Positions 12,704 to 21,135 of a DNA stretch of 64,000 bases are shown here, piece by piece. The stretch is from Nitrospirota bacterium (lineage in GTDB: Bacteria > Nitrospirota > UBA9217): positions 2,640 to 66,639 of the forward strand of contig CAVPKD010000007.1 in assembly GCA_963705595.1 (NCBI GenBank), read 5' to 3'. Position numbers and translations under genes: made by a program. The notes below the pieces were generated by a model. It saw only the letters and a list, made by a program, of their open reading frames with translations. It ran no database searches and was not told the DNA's origin. Positions within the stretch are counted from its first letter, which is position 1, and every line of letters starts with the position of its first letter.

Positions 12704-12780
12704 AACCGCGACAGCGCCAAGAACGCAAAGTCTTAATATCTCAGAAATAGTTCATGTTATGTTCGCCGTTTTCAGCGGTT
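12704..12780. repeat. Intercistronic inverted element, AACCGC...GCGGTT type
   Basis: AACCGCGACAGCGCCAAGAACGCAAAG ... TTCGCCGTTTTCAGCGGTT. Confidence 0.65.
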
Positions 12781-12829
12781 CTGCTTCATAATTGTTTTCG
12801 TTTTGACATGGATTGGATCTAGGAGCATT

Positions 12830-13339
12830 ATGATCCGAATCCTCAAACAGATATTCCGAACCGGCATCGTCACAGAACCGCTCCCTCCCATTACCGACCC
12901 GGAGATCGAGAAGATCGGCGTACAGTTGGAGGAGATCATCAGGCGGCGTTTCAAGAGGAGCTTCGCTATCCGGCAGGTGGATGCGGGCTCGTGCAACGGC
13001 TGCGAGCTCGAGATCCACGCGATCAATAATCCCATCTACAACTGCGAGCGCTTCGGCATTCATTTCACTGCCTCTCCGCGCTTTGCGGACATGCTGCTGG
13101 TCACGGGTCCGGTCTCGCACAATATGGAGATCGCTCTCAGGAGGACCTACAACGCCACGCCGCCGCCGAAGCTGGTGGTCGCCGTGGGAGACTGCGGATG
13201 CACGGGCGGCATATTCGGCGAGAGCTATGCGTCCCTGGGCAGCATCGACAAGGTCATCCCCGTGGACGCGCGCATCCCCGGGTGCCCTCCAACGCCTACG
13301 GCCCTGCTCCAGGGCATCCTCAAAGCTATTGGGGGGTAG
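12830..13339 (+). CDS. ehrS: EhrS small Fe-S subunit, operon 2
   Basis: AGGAG RBS before ATG 12830; GSCNGCELE, ASPRFAD, VGDC and GCPP motifs. Confidence 0.9.
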   Translation: MIRILKQIFRTGIVTEPLPPITDPEIEKIGVQLEEIIRRRFKRSFAIRQVDAGSCNGCELEIHAINNPIYNCERFGIHFTASPRFADMLLVTGPVSHNMEIALRRTYNATPPPKLVVAVGDCGCTGGIFGESYASLGSIDKVIPVDARIPGCPPTPTALLQGILKAIGG

Positions 13340-13354
13340 CTCTTCATTAATTAT

Positions 13355-14843
13355 CATCTGTGCCGTAAAACCCCGTTCTTCAGGGCGGGGATATAAGGCG
13401 CTGGTTGCGAAGGAACCAGAGTCGTGCTGACCCAAATTATGAGTAGACAATCGTTCACCTTTCTGCTATAATTAAATAATGAACGGATTTGCTAAAGAAC
13501 CCGATTTGCAAACGATGACTGCTGTTGGCAAAGCATTAGTAACTGACGACAGCACCGCCCTCCTGCTTGGGTTGCTGGGGTATTCTGCGACAAAGCTCTG
13601 GAACACCGCCGTGTGGCATGCCAAAGAAGTCTGGAAAACGACCGGTAAGATCCCTTCCTATGCAAAGATGGATGTCACCATAAAACAAGAGCATCCTCAT
13701 TGGTACCGCCGTCTGCACTCACAAAGCGCCCAGGCTGTCCTTGAAGAGCTTTGGCAGTCATATAGATCATGGTTTGCTCTCCGGAAGAAGGGCGACAGCA
13801 AAGCCAAACCGCCCGGTTTCAGGCGGAAAACCAGCCTGTCGGTAGTGACCTTCAAGCAAAACGCCGTAAAGTGGAACCCGAGAACGTCTACAGCGCGTTT
13901 CAGCATCCCGAAAGACATCTACGGCAAGCAATTCCTCTATCTGAAGGTTAGGATGCCGGAGGGGACCTGTCTTGCTGAAGACAATATCCAGTTGGCCCGG
14001 CTGATCTACCACAACGGTACGTGGTCAACCCACTTTGTATACAATATAACCCTCCCCGAACTGAAAGAATCCGGGGAGACCATGGCCATAGACCTTGGAA
14101 TGAAGCATCTTGCCGCTACCGCATGCACGGATGGGGATACGACCCTCTGGTCAGGCGGCGAGTTGGCTGCCCTTGAGAGGCACTTTGACAAACAAAAGGC
14201 AAAGACCACCAGGAGCACGTCCAAAAAATCGTGTACCTTGAACCAGAAACGCTCTCGTCAGCGTTCCCACCTGCTCCACAGTTTCACTAGATCTCTTGTC
14301 AGCGATGCAGACGCTCGCGGTGTCTCCACGATCATCGTGGGGGACCTTAAGGACATTAGAAATGGCAAAGACTGGGGAGACAGCGGGAACCAGCAACTCC
14401 ACAAATGGCCGTTCGATAGGATCATCAAGATGCTCACGTACAAGGCCAGGCTTAAAGGCATCCGCGTTGTTAAGGAACCCGAGGACTATACGAGCCAGAC
14501 ATGCTGCATATGTGGCACAATATGCAAATCCAATCGTGTCCATCGTGGCCTCTATGTCTGCAACCAATGCGGTGCCGTGATCAATGCCGATGTGAATGGC
14601 GCAATCAACATTCTCAAAAGGTATCTCCCGGTGCAAATAGGTGCCTCCTGGAGTAGTGGCTGCTTGGCACAGCCTGCGGTCAACCGGTTTGCCTGGAGAA
14701 AAACCAGGCCGCTAATATCAGCCCATAAACCGGGGACGTGGCAAACAACCCTGCTACATCCGCAAACAGAATCAGCAGTGGCTCTTAGCAGCAATAGGGC
14801 CTGATTCGGGAATCCTCGGCCTTCAGGCCGGGGAGGATGTCAA
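13355..14843 (+). mobile_element. Non-autonomous IS200/IS605-family (IS1341-like) element carrying tnpB only
   Basis: Left hairpin CCCCGTTC-TTCA-GGGCGGGG (13371-13390) preceded by AAAA; right hairpin CCTCGGCC-TTCA-GGCCGGGG (14814-14833) preceded by GAAT and followed by the TCAA end (14840-14843); no tnpA inside. The left cut site (after TTAT 13351-13354) is inferred. Confidence 0.85.
13479..14804 (+). CDS. tnpB: TnpB RNA-guided endonuclease (IS200/IS605 OrfB)
   Basis: RuvC-I AIDLG, RuvC-II IIVGDL, zinc finger TSQTCCICG...CNQCG, RuvC-III NADVNGAIN. Confidence 0.95.
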   Translation: MNGFAKEPDLQTMTAVGKALVTDDSTALLLGLLGYSATKLWNTAVWHAKEVWKTTGKIPSYAKMDVTIKQEHPHWYRRLHSQSAQAVLEELWQSYRSWFALRKKGDSKAKPPGFRRKTSLSVVTFKQNAVKWNPRTSTARFSIPKDIYGKQFLYLKVRMPEGTCLAEDNIQLARLIYHNGTWSTHFVYNITLPELKESGETMAIDLGMKHLAATACTDGDTTLWSGGELAALERHFDKQKAKTTRSTSKKSCTLNQKRSRQRSHLLHSFTRSLVSDADARGVSTIIVGDLKDIRNGKDWGDSGNQQLHKWPFDRIIKMLTYKARLKGIRVVKEPEDYTSQTCCICGTICKSNRVHRGLYVCNQCGAVINADVNGAINILKRYLPVQIGASWSSGCLAQPAVNRFAWRKTRPLISAHKPGTWQTTLLHPQTESAVALSSNRA

Positions 14844-14863
14844 AAAGGACGGTAATAGTGATG
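14660..14863 (+). ncRNA. Putative TnpB omegaRNA (reRNA): scaffold overlapping the tnpB 3' end plus flank-derived guide
   Basis: Inferred from established TnpB architecture; the right-end hairpin and TCAA are seen, the 5' boundary is a guess. Confidence 0.5.
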
Positions 14864-15391
14864 GGAATTCTTCGCTCGCTCTGGGGGCTGGCAGGTGTCA
14901 TGCTTCTGCTCGGAAGCGCTGTTTACCGGCTGACCCCCCTGGCTGTGGACGCTTTTTCGCATGAGATGCTCTGGTATCATTGGGCATTCTTTGCGTTCGT
15001 CCTCTTCTTCATGGCGTACGCCGAGGGTTATCGTGCATTCCAGCAGGGATTTTCTCCGCGGGTCGCCGCGCGCGCCCGGTATCTGCGCACTCACCGGAAT
15101 ATGCTCCACGCGATCCTCGCGCCCCTCTTCTGCATGGGCTATTTTCATGCGCCGAAGAGGAGGCGGGTGACGTCCATTTCCGTGACAGCCGGCATCATCG
15201 TCCTGGTAATCCTTGTGCGACTCCTGCCCCAGCCCTGGCGGGGGATCGTCGATGCAGGAGTGGTGGTGGGACTGGCATGGGGCCTCGTATCGCTCCTGGT
15301 CTTCGCAATCCAGGCATTTACCATGAAGGAGTTCAAGTATTCTCCGGAAGTCCCGGAAGAGACAATAGGCCAGGCCTCCGATCTACCCTGA
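14858..15391 (+). CDS. Hypothetical integral membrane protein
   Basis: About four hydrophobic segments; AAGGA RBS before GTG 14858/ATG 14861; the ORF-track start at 14837 lies inside the IS end. Confidence 0.7.
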   Translation: MMGILRSLWGLAGVMLLLGSAVYRLTPLAVDAFSHEMLWYHWAFFAFVLFFMAYAEGYRAFQQGFSPRVAARARYLRTHRNMLHAILAPLFCMGYFHAPKRRRVTSISVTAGIIVLVILVRLLPQPWRGIVDAGVVVGLAWGLVSLLVFAIQAFTMKEFKYSPEVPEETIGQASDLP

Positions 15392-15456
15392 GACCCGGAG
15401 AGGGAAGGCATGAGACGGACATCCATTATAATAAGACCGAGAAGAAGGTGAATGTC

Positions 15457-16482
15457 ATGGAGCCGGAAATAAAAATGATCCCCGGTAAGCTCGTCGTGTT
15501 CCTCTTCGGCGAGACCGGAATGAACCTCGAGACCTCCGCAGTGGTCGAGATCAAGACCGTCAAGAGCGCCCCGAGCTACCCGGACGTCATCCCGAAGCAG
15601 AAGGTCATCAAAGTCGAAAAACGCATGAGTGACGGCGTCGAGGTCGGTTTCGTCGTCAAGGCGTATTTGCCGGATGTGGTTGTCGTCGAGGCTTCGCTGG
15701 AAATGGACGACATCCTGTCCGACACCACCCTGGAGCTCAAGCGCTCGCTCATCAACGAATGCAGAAAGATACTGGGAGAGTTCGGCTGTGACCCGCAGTT
15801 CGACGAAGAGTACAGCGTGTACTGCATATCGGGTTACAGCGGCGACCCGGAGGTGTACCTGTCCCTGTACGGGGACAAGATCGCCGCATTCCTCAAGAAC
15901 GAGCGGATCGCTCTCGACGAGGAAGAAGTGAAGGCCACGCTGTCGTCATACCTGAAATACGGCAAGGATGACATCACGATCGTGGATTGGGACGGTGCAT
16001 TCATCTTCGATTCCGCCGGCGACTTCGAGAGCAATATCGAGCTGTTCGAGATCGCGAACCTCCAGCTCCTGAAATCGCGGATCCTCGACTACGATCTCGA
16101 TGAACGGCTCGAAAAGACCTTACGTCTCATGGGAGTCTCAAAACGGCTTCCCATCATCAGGTCCGGAGAGGTCAGGAAGGTTGTCAAGGAGATCATCGAG
16201 ATACGGACGCAGTCCATTCTCGAATCAGAGGCCGTGGAGCGGAACATCAAGCTGATCGGCGACTGGTATTCTGCAAAGCTGTATTCTCTCATATCAAAGA
16301 AATTTCACCTTGACAGCTGGAAGTCCGAGATCAAGGAAAAGCTCGATACGCTCGAGGATGTCTATACCATGGCGACGGAGAACTTCAGCGTGTCCTACCG
16401 GGCGACGCTCGAATTCGTCATCCTCGGCGGATGGTTCGTGCTGCTGCTCCTGTACGTGGCTGAATTCCTGTTCACGAAATAA
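15457..16482 (+). CDS. Hypothetical protein with C-terminal TM helix (RMD1/DUF155- or CorA-like helical domain, tentative)
   Basis: AAGGTG RBS before ATG 15457; DITIVDWDGAFI...ELFEIANLQLL followed by a helical region and one TM; strong codon bias. Confidence 0.6.
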   Translation: MEPEIKMIPGKLVVFLFGETGMNLETSAVVEIKTVKSAPSYPDVIPKQKVIKVEKRMSDGVEVGFVVKAYLPDVVVVEASLEMDDILSDTTLELKRSLINECRKILGEFGCDPQFDEEYSVYCISGYSGDPEVYLSLYGDKIAAFLKNERIALDEEEVKATLSSYLKYGKDDITIVDWDGAFIFDSAGDFESNIELFEIANLQLLKSRILDYDLDERLEKTLRLMGVSKRLPIIRSGEVRKVVKEIIEIRTQSILESEAVERNIKLIGDWYSAKLYSLISKKFHLDSWKSEIKEKLDTLEDVYTMATENFSVSYRATLEFVILGGWFVLLLLYVAEFLFTK

Positions 16483-16789
16483 CGAAACAGAACCTTTCTC
16501 GCGATACTCTTCATGCTTTTTCTTCTCACGACTTTGATGCAATTGACCTTTTCAATACCCAACAGAGCTTAGGGGATATTCGATACCGCATTGTTTGCGG
16601 CATCCGACACCAGTCTCTTATTTAGGCTTTTTGCCGATAGCACAATTGATATTACTGTTGGATAACTCACGACCTTCTCCCCAGAAACGGTTCCAGTTTT
16701 CGGGGAAGATCATGGATAACTCTGCTTTGGGTTCGGGAGGTTGAACAAATAGAACAGATTATTATGAGGTTTTGTAGCTGTCTGTATTT

Positions 16790-16806
16790 TGTCGGTTTTA
16801 CTTACA
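16790..16806. promoter_or_regulatory. TGT-N11-ACA enhancer-like site upstream of the PEP-CTERM gene
   Basis: TGTCGGTTTTACTTACA. Confidence 0.45.
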
Positions 16807-16980
16807 AGTATTGGCTCTTGCCTTCGGCCTTTTTCTGCTCGATGGTGTTCATTTGAGAGATTTGTAGTTCATTAGTTCCTAAAATTATTGATATTTATAG
16901 TCCATTGTATTTCAAAACAAGGCAACGAAAACTTAAATTGAAATCCATCAACCCCTGTGGACTAGAAAATCCATGAGCAT

Positions 16981-16997
16981 TGTCGATAAACTTTACA
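16981..16997. promoter_or_regulatory. TGT-N11-ACA enhancer-like site (candidate PrsR-type box)
   Basis: TGTCGATAAACTTTACA; the first 10 nt recur exactly at 17088. Confidence 0.55.
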
Positions 16998-17307
16998 GCG
17001 TCATTATTGCTATTTTAATTTATTTGTATTTTCAACAAGTTAGTATTTAGCACCGAAATTGCTTTTAATAATATTTGATTATAATAATGTCGATAAAGTA
17101 AAACCATCCCTGAGGATGGGACGGAATGCCCATTAGGTCTCTTCGAGACAATTGGGTTGCAGAAGTATCAGATAATATTGGCGACACGACTTTGCACTTT
17201 AAACGACAAGTGACAGCGTGATTGGTTAAAAAAATGAGATGTAAGATATAGAAAAGAATCTAGGTGGGGCTTGAGAGGCTCATAACTCATTTAGAAAGGG
17301 GAAAAAC

Positions 17308-17991
17308 ATGAAAAAAATGCGCATTAAGCGTAGCTTGTTGCTCTTTGTGCTTGCAGTGGCGGCCCTAGTTACAACGACAGTCCCAGCGCATGCCACCTTT
17401 ATCAAAGACCTAAATGTCCTAGACCCAGCCCCCGTCGGCGATAGATTATTCCTAGAGAAAAACGACGTAGGCGCTAACTCCTTTAGTGGCTTTGTCGGTG
17501 CCCAAAGCTCCGGGCCCAAAGTTGATGCGATCGCTAACGTAAACGTTACAACTGGGAGTGGCTGGGCGAACATCAAGCCAGATAAGGATGCTACGCTGAC
17601 GGTCCTGACCTTTACTCCCGATATAGCAAATACAACCAAGTTTAGTGACTTCTCCTTCCGAGCGCAGCTATTATGGGACTTGAAACTCTCTGATCATGAT
17701 ACCGGGCAAGTCGACGTTATAGTCACCGATCAGAACAACCTTGATTCTACTATTCATTTCACTGGTCTTAAAGGGCCGAATGCCGACTTCGACGTTATCG
17801 GCGTCGTGTCGATCGATGACGAGTGGATTAAATCAGTCAAAATCCTTACTACTATAGGAACTTCGGAAGGAGCTTTGGAAAGCTTTAAAGAGGTCAAACA
17901 AGTCAGTTTCTCCTCCGTTCCCGAACCCTCAACTTTCCTCCTCCTGGGTGCCGGCCTTGGCGGTCTGTGGATCTGGAGGCGGCGGAAGTAA
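17308..17991 (+). CDS. PEP-CTERM sorting-domain surface protein
   Basis: Signal peptide ending VPAHA; C-terminus VPEPSTFLLLGAGLGGLWIWRRRK. Confidence 0.95.
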   Translation: MKKMRIKRSLLLFVLAVAALVTTTVPAHATFIKDLNVLDPAPVGDRLFLEKNDVGANSFSGFVGAQSSGPKVDAIANVNVTTGSGWANIKPDKDATLTVLTFTPDIANTTKFSDFSFRAQLLWDLKLSDHDTGQVDVIVTDQNNLDSTIHFTGLKGPNADFDVIGVVSIDDEWIKSVKILTTIGTSEGALESFKEVKQVSFSSVPEPSTFLLLGAGLGGLWIWRRRK

Positions 17992-18016
17992 CAGCAACTG
18001 ATGCTTCTTACTATCG

Positions 18017-18044
18017 GGGCCGAGAAGTTACTCGGCCCTTTTTT
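18017..18044 (+). terminator. Intrinsic terminator after the PEP-CTERM gene
   Basis: GGGCCGAG-aagtta-CTCGGCCC followed by T6. Confidence 0.8.
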
Positions 18045-18249
18045 ATTCTTCAGAGCTTTGATTGCTGTACGTTATCCTTTGCCTGTAGATATATTATATA
18101 GTAGGTTAAAGTTACGGGTCCCACGTTCAGGTTTGTTTGCAAGAAAGAAAACACTGAAACGGAGAAGCTTCGCGACATCGCGGTGAATTTATTTGCCATT
18201 TTAGCAAGAATTCAAGTCGGTAAGTTATTATGAATATCTTTACCGATCG

Positions 18250-19620
18250 TTACTTTTGCAATCCCAGTTTTTTCCTGAGCGTCAACCGGTTGATGCCGAG
18301 GAGACGTGCTGCCTCGGACTGATTGTCCCTCGTACGGGATAGAAGATACTCTAGAACGTGCCTGTCCACCTCGCTGTGGATCTTATCGTAAATATTCTTT
18401 TCCTTCTTTTCCAGAGATTCCTTCACATAGGGGATTAATGCGGCAGCCATGGCATCGGAAATCCCTGCTGCCGGTTTAGCGACAGCATGTTCGCCGAGGT
18501 CCTTGAGCTCGTGCGTTGTAAGGTAGTCGGTCTTGCTCAGGGCGATGGCTGACCGGAGCGTGTTCTCGAGCTCGCGGATGTTGCCAGGCCAGTCATAAGA
18601 GAGCAACCGATCGAGAAATGCTTTGGTCACGCCTTTGATCGGTTTCTGTGCTGTATGGGCGTGGCGATAGAAAAGACACTGGACAAGGGGAACGATGTCC
18701 TTCTTACGTTCCCGCAGCGGCGGAACGTGGATCGTGGCCACGCGGAGGCGGTGATACAGATCCTCCCGAAATTTACCTTCCCGCACCATTGCCGCGAGGT
18801 CCCGGTTCGTGGCTGAGATCACCCGAACATTCACCTGAACTTCTTTCGTACTCCCTACAGGATAAAAGGTCTGCGTCTGTAAGAACCTGAGCAATTTCCC
18901 CTGAAGCGAGAGTGGCAGCTCACCAATCTCATCGAAGAACACACAACCACCATCGGCTGTCTTGAGCATTCCTTCTTTTGGCGCAAAAGCGCCGGTAAAG
19001 GCTCCTTTTTCATATCCAAAGAGCTCTGATTCGAGCAGCGTTTCCGGCACAGCCGCGGAGTTGATAACGACAAAGGGCTTCCCGAAGCGGGAGGAGAGCT
19101 GCGCGATAGCCTCGGCAACAAGCTCTTTTCCCGTGCCGGTCTCTCCGGTGACCAGGACCGGGACCTCAACCTGAGCGATGCGGGCAACCTTTTCGCAGAG
19201 GCTCATGACCAGGGTGGAGCGGCCGACGATGACACAGGTGGCTGCCGGCGCGATCGTGTCTTTGGAGATCGTGACGGCATGGGCCATTTCCTGCCTGATC
19301 TCGTGCAGGTCCCGTAATATTCGATCAATCTGACCTTTTTTGAGCGGCCGGTGAATGATCTCGTAAGCCCCCCAGGTCGCCGCTTCCATGACGGGACCGG
19401 TTCTCTCCTGGTCCGTGATGGCGATCACGAAGGTCTTTGCGCTGTATTCCTTGATAAGGTGAAGGTCGATGGAATCCATATCGAGAAATAGGACCGATGA
19501 ACCATCGAGCTGCAAGGCTTTCCCCGACCGTGCAGAAACAACCTTGCTGCCCTTGGGAAGGACCGTAGACAGCTCTTTTACGAGTGAGGCGTCTTCGCTG
19601 AAGAGAAGGATTTCCTGCAT
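18250..19620 (-). CDS. Sigma-54-dependent transcriptional activator (atypical receiver, AAA+, Fis HTH)
   Basis: GETGTGKE, GAFTGA, FFDEIGEL, WPGNIRELEN, NQSEAARLLGINR; GGAGG RBS before ATG 19620. Confidence 0.92.
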   Translation of the reverse strand: MQEILLFSEDASLVKELSTVLPKGSKVVSARSGKALQLDGSSVLFLDMDSIDLHLIKEYSAKTFVIAITDQERTGPVMEAATWGAYEIIHRPLKKGQIDRILRDLHEIRQEMAHAVTISKDTIAPAATCVIVGRSTLVMSLCEKVARIAQVEVPVLVTGETGTGKELVAEAIAQLSSRFGKPFVVINSAAVPETLLESELFGYEKGAFTGAFAPKEGMLKTADGGCVFFDEIGELPLSLQGKLLRFLQTQTFYPVGSTKEVQVNVRVISATNRDLAAMVREGKFREDLYHRLRVATIHVPPLRERKKDIVPLVQCLFYRHAHTAQKPIKGVTKAFLDRLLSYDWPGNIRELENTLRSAIALSKTDYLTTHELKDLGEHAVAKPAAGISDAMAAALIPYVKESLEKKEKNIYDKIHSEVDRHVLEYLLSRTRDNQSEAARLLGINRLTLRKKLGLQK

Positions 19621-19753
19621 AGTTCCTCCCATGTATATATAGTGACCTGGAGATACAGGCTTTAGCCTGTTTTTTTGTAATCACCCTGAGGGCAAGAGTA
19701 TCTTTGTTTCTATGCGCAAACTGAACTTTGCGGCAATTGTGTGTGTGCAGTAC

Positions 19754-19769
19754 TGTATAAAATATATAC
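19754..19769. promoter_or_regulatory. Palindromic upstream activator site TGT-N10-ACA
   Basis: TGTATAAATATATACA, about 75 bp upstream of the sigma-54 promoter. Confidence 0.55.
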
Positions 19770-19842
19770 AACATATATAAATAATAATCAACAGATATTT
19801 ACACCATCAAGCAAACTCCTCGATTTTAGTCCGTTTTCCATC

Positions 19843-19858
19843 TGGCACGGATGTTGCT
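19843..19858 (+). promoter_or_regulatory. Sigma-54 (-24/-12) promoter
   Basis: TGGCACGGATGTTGCT is an exact consensus match. Confidence 0.88.
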
Positions 19859-19979
19859 CTATGGAACTGTAATAATTCACCGCTAAAGCGCGAAGGCAGG
19901 AAGTAAGTATTCTTCCCCCCTTTTTCTTGCTTCCTGTCTTCGCACTTCGTGACAAAAAACGAAAGAGAGAGGTGACGCC

Positions 19980-21122
19980 ATGGGAGACCTTGTCACATCA
20001 AAAGTAAATCTCGATGAACTGAAACGAGTCGGGATCATCGGCCAAAAGCAGAAGGACTATTATCTGATCCGCCTCAGGACCGTGGGTGGCGGTATGACGG
20101 CTGAGGAACTGAGCGTCGTCGCCCAAGTTTCGAAGAAATACGGCAAAGGTCAGGTGCACCTCACCACGCGCCAGGCAGTGGAGATCCACAATATCCATCT
20201 CGACGATCTTCAGTCTGCACGTGAGGAACTCGAACAGAACGGGATCGTGCTCGGCGTCTGCGGTCCCCGGGGCAGGGGAATCGTGGCCTGTCCGGGAAGT
20301 GCGACCTGTACCTCCGGCATTATCGAGACCAAAGAACTTGCTGCGGACCTTGATGCTGTTTATTTCCGCCAGCAGGCGCCGCATAAATTCAAGATAGGCG
20401 TCTCCGGCTGCCCGAACAACTGCTCAAAGCCTGTGGAGAACGATGTCGGTGTCATGGGCGGCGTGCTGCCGGGCTGGGACAAAGAAGCGTGCATCTCGTG
20501 CAAGCTGTGCGTGAGCATCTGCCCGGCCCAGGCAATTGAAGAGAGGGATTCAGAGTTCATTCTCGATAGGGATGCATGCATTTACTGCGGGCTTTGCATC
20601 AGGAACTGTCCCTCATCAGCATGGACTGCGCGGAAGACAGGATACACGCTCTACCTGGGCGGTACCATGGGCAAGAAGCCTCGGCTTGGAACTAGAGCAA
20701 AAGCGCTTATTGAATCAAAGGAAGAACTGCTCAGCCATATCAGAAAGGTGTTTGATTTCTATCTCGCTCAAGGCAGGAAAAAGGAACGGTTCGGGCACAC
20801 CCTTGACCGGATCGGGGTGGAAAAGGCATTTGCCGAGATATTTTCTGAAGAGGCTAAGAGAACCCCGGTCGACGCAGTTCCTGACACCGCATCGGCGGCA
20901 AAGAGGAATTTTCTCGACCTCAGAGGCGTCTGCTGTCCCCTGAACTTCGTGAAAGCAAAGCTCGCGATGGACAAGATCAAGAGCAGCGAAACGATCGAAT
21001 TCTATCTTGATGACGGTGAGCCGATCGTGAATGTCACGCGAAGTCTCAAGGATGAGGGACATCAGGTATTGCTTGTGATTCCTGACACAAACTACTTCAA
21101 GGTCATGGTGGAAAAAAAATAA
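19980..21122 (+). CDS. Siroheme/4Fe-4S sulfite/nitrite reductase-like protein with ferredoxin insert and C-terminal TusA/SirA domain
   Basis: LTTRQAVE, ACPGSATC, KIGVSGCPNNC, two CxxCxxCxxxCP motifs, LDLRGVCCPLNFVKAK. Confidence 0.85.
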   Translation: MGDLVTSKVNLDELKRVGIIGQKQKDYYLIRLRTVGGGMTAEELSVVAQVSKKYGKGQVHLTTRQAVEIHNIHLDDLQSAREELEQNGIVLGVCGPRGRGIVACPGSATCTSGIIETKELAADLDAVYFRQQAPHKFKIGVSGCPNNCSKPVENDVGVMGGVLPGWDKEACISCKLCVSICPAQAIEERDSEFILDRDACIYCGLCIRNCPSSAWTARKTGYTLYLGGTMGKKPRLGTRAKALIESKEELLSHIRKVFDFYLAQGRKKERFGHTLDRIGVEKAFAEIFSEEAKRTPVDAVPDTASAAKRNFLDLRGVCCPLNFVKAKLAMDKIKSSETIEFYLDDGEPIVNVTRSLKDEGHQVLLVIPDTNYFKVMVEKK

Positions 21123-21135
21123 GTGACATAAGATC

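Noticed and set aside
13479-14804. Cas12-type CRISPR effector
   Set aside because: No array or cas genes; flanked by IS200/IS605 end hairpins
14980-15456. 500-aa version of the downstream ORF
   Set aside because: The extension overlaps the upstream membrane gene in another frame; a good RBS precedes ATG 15457
17179-17196. Sigma-54 promoter TGGCGACACGACTTTGCA
   Set aside because: GG-to-GC spacing is 2 nt too long
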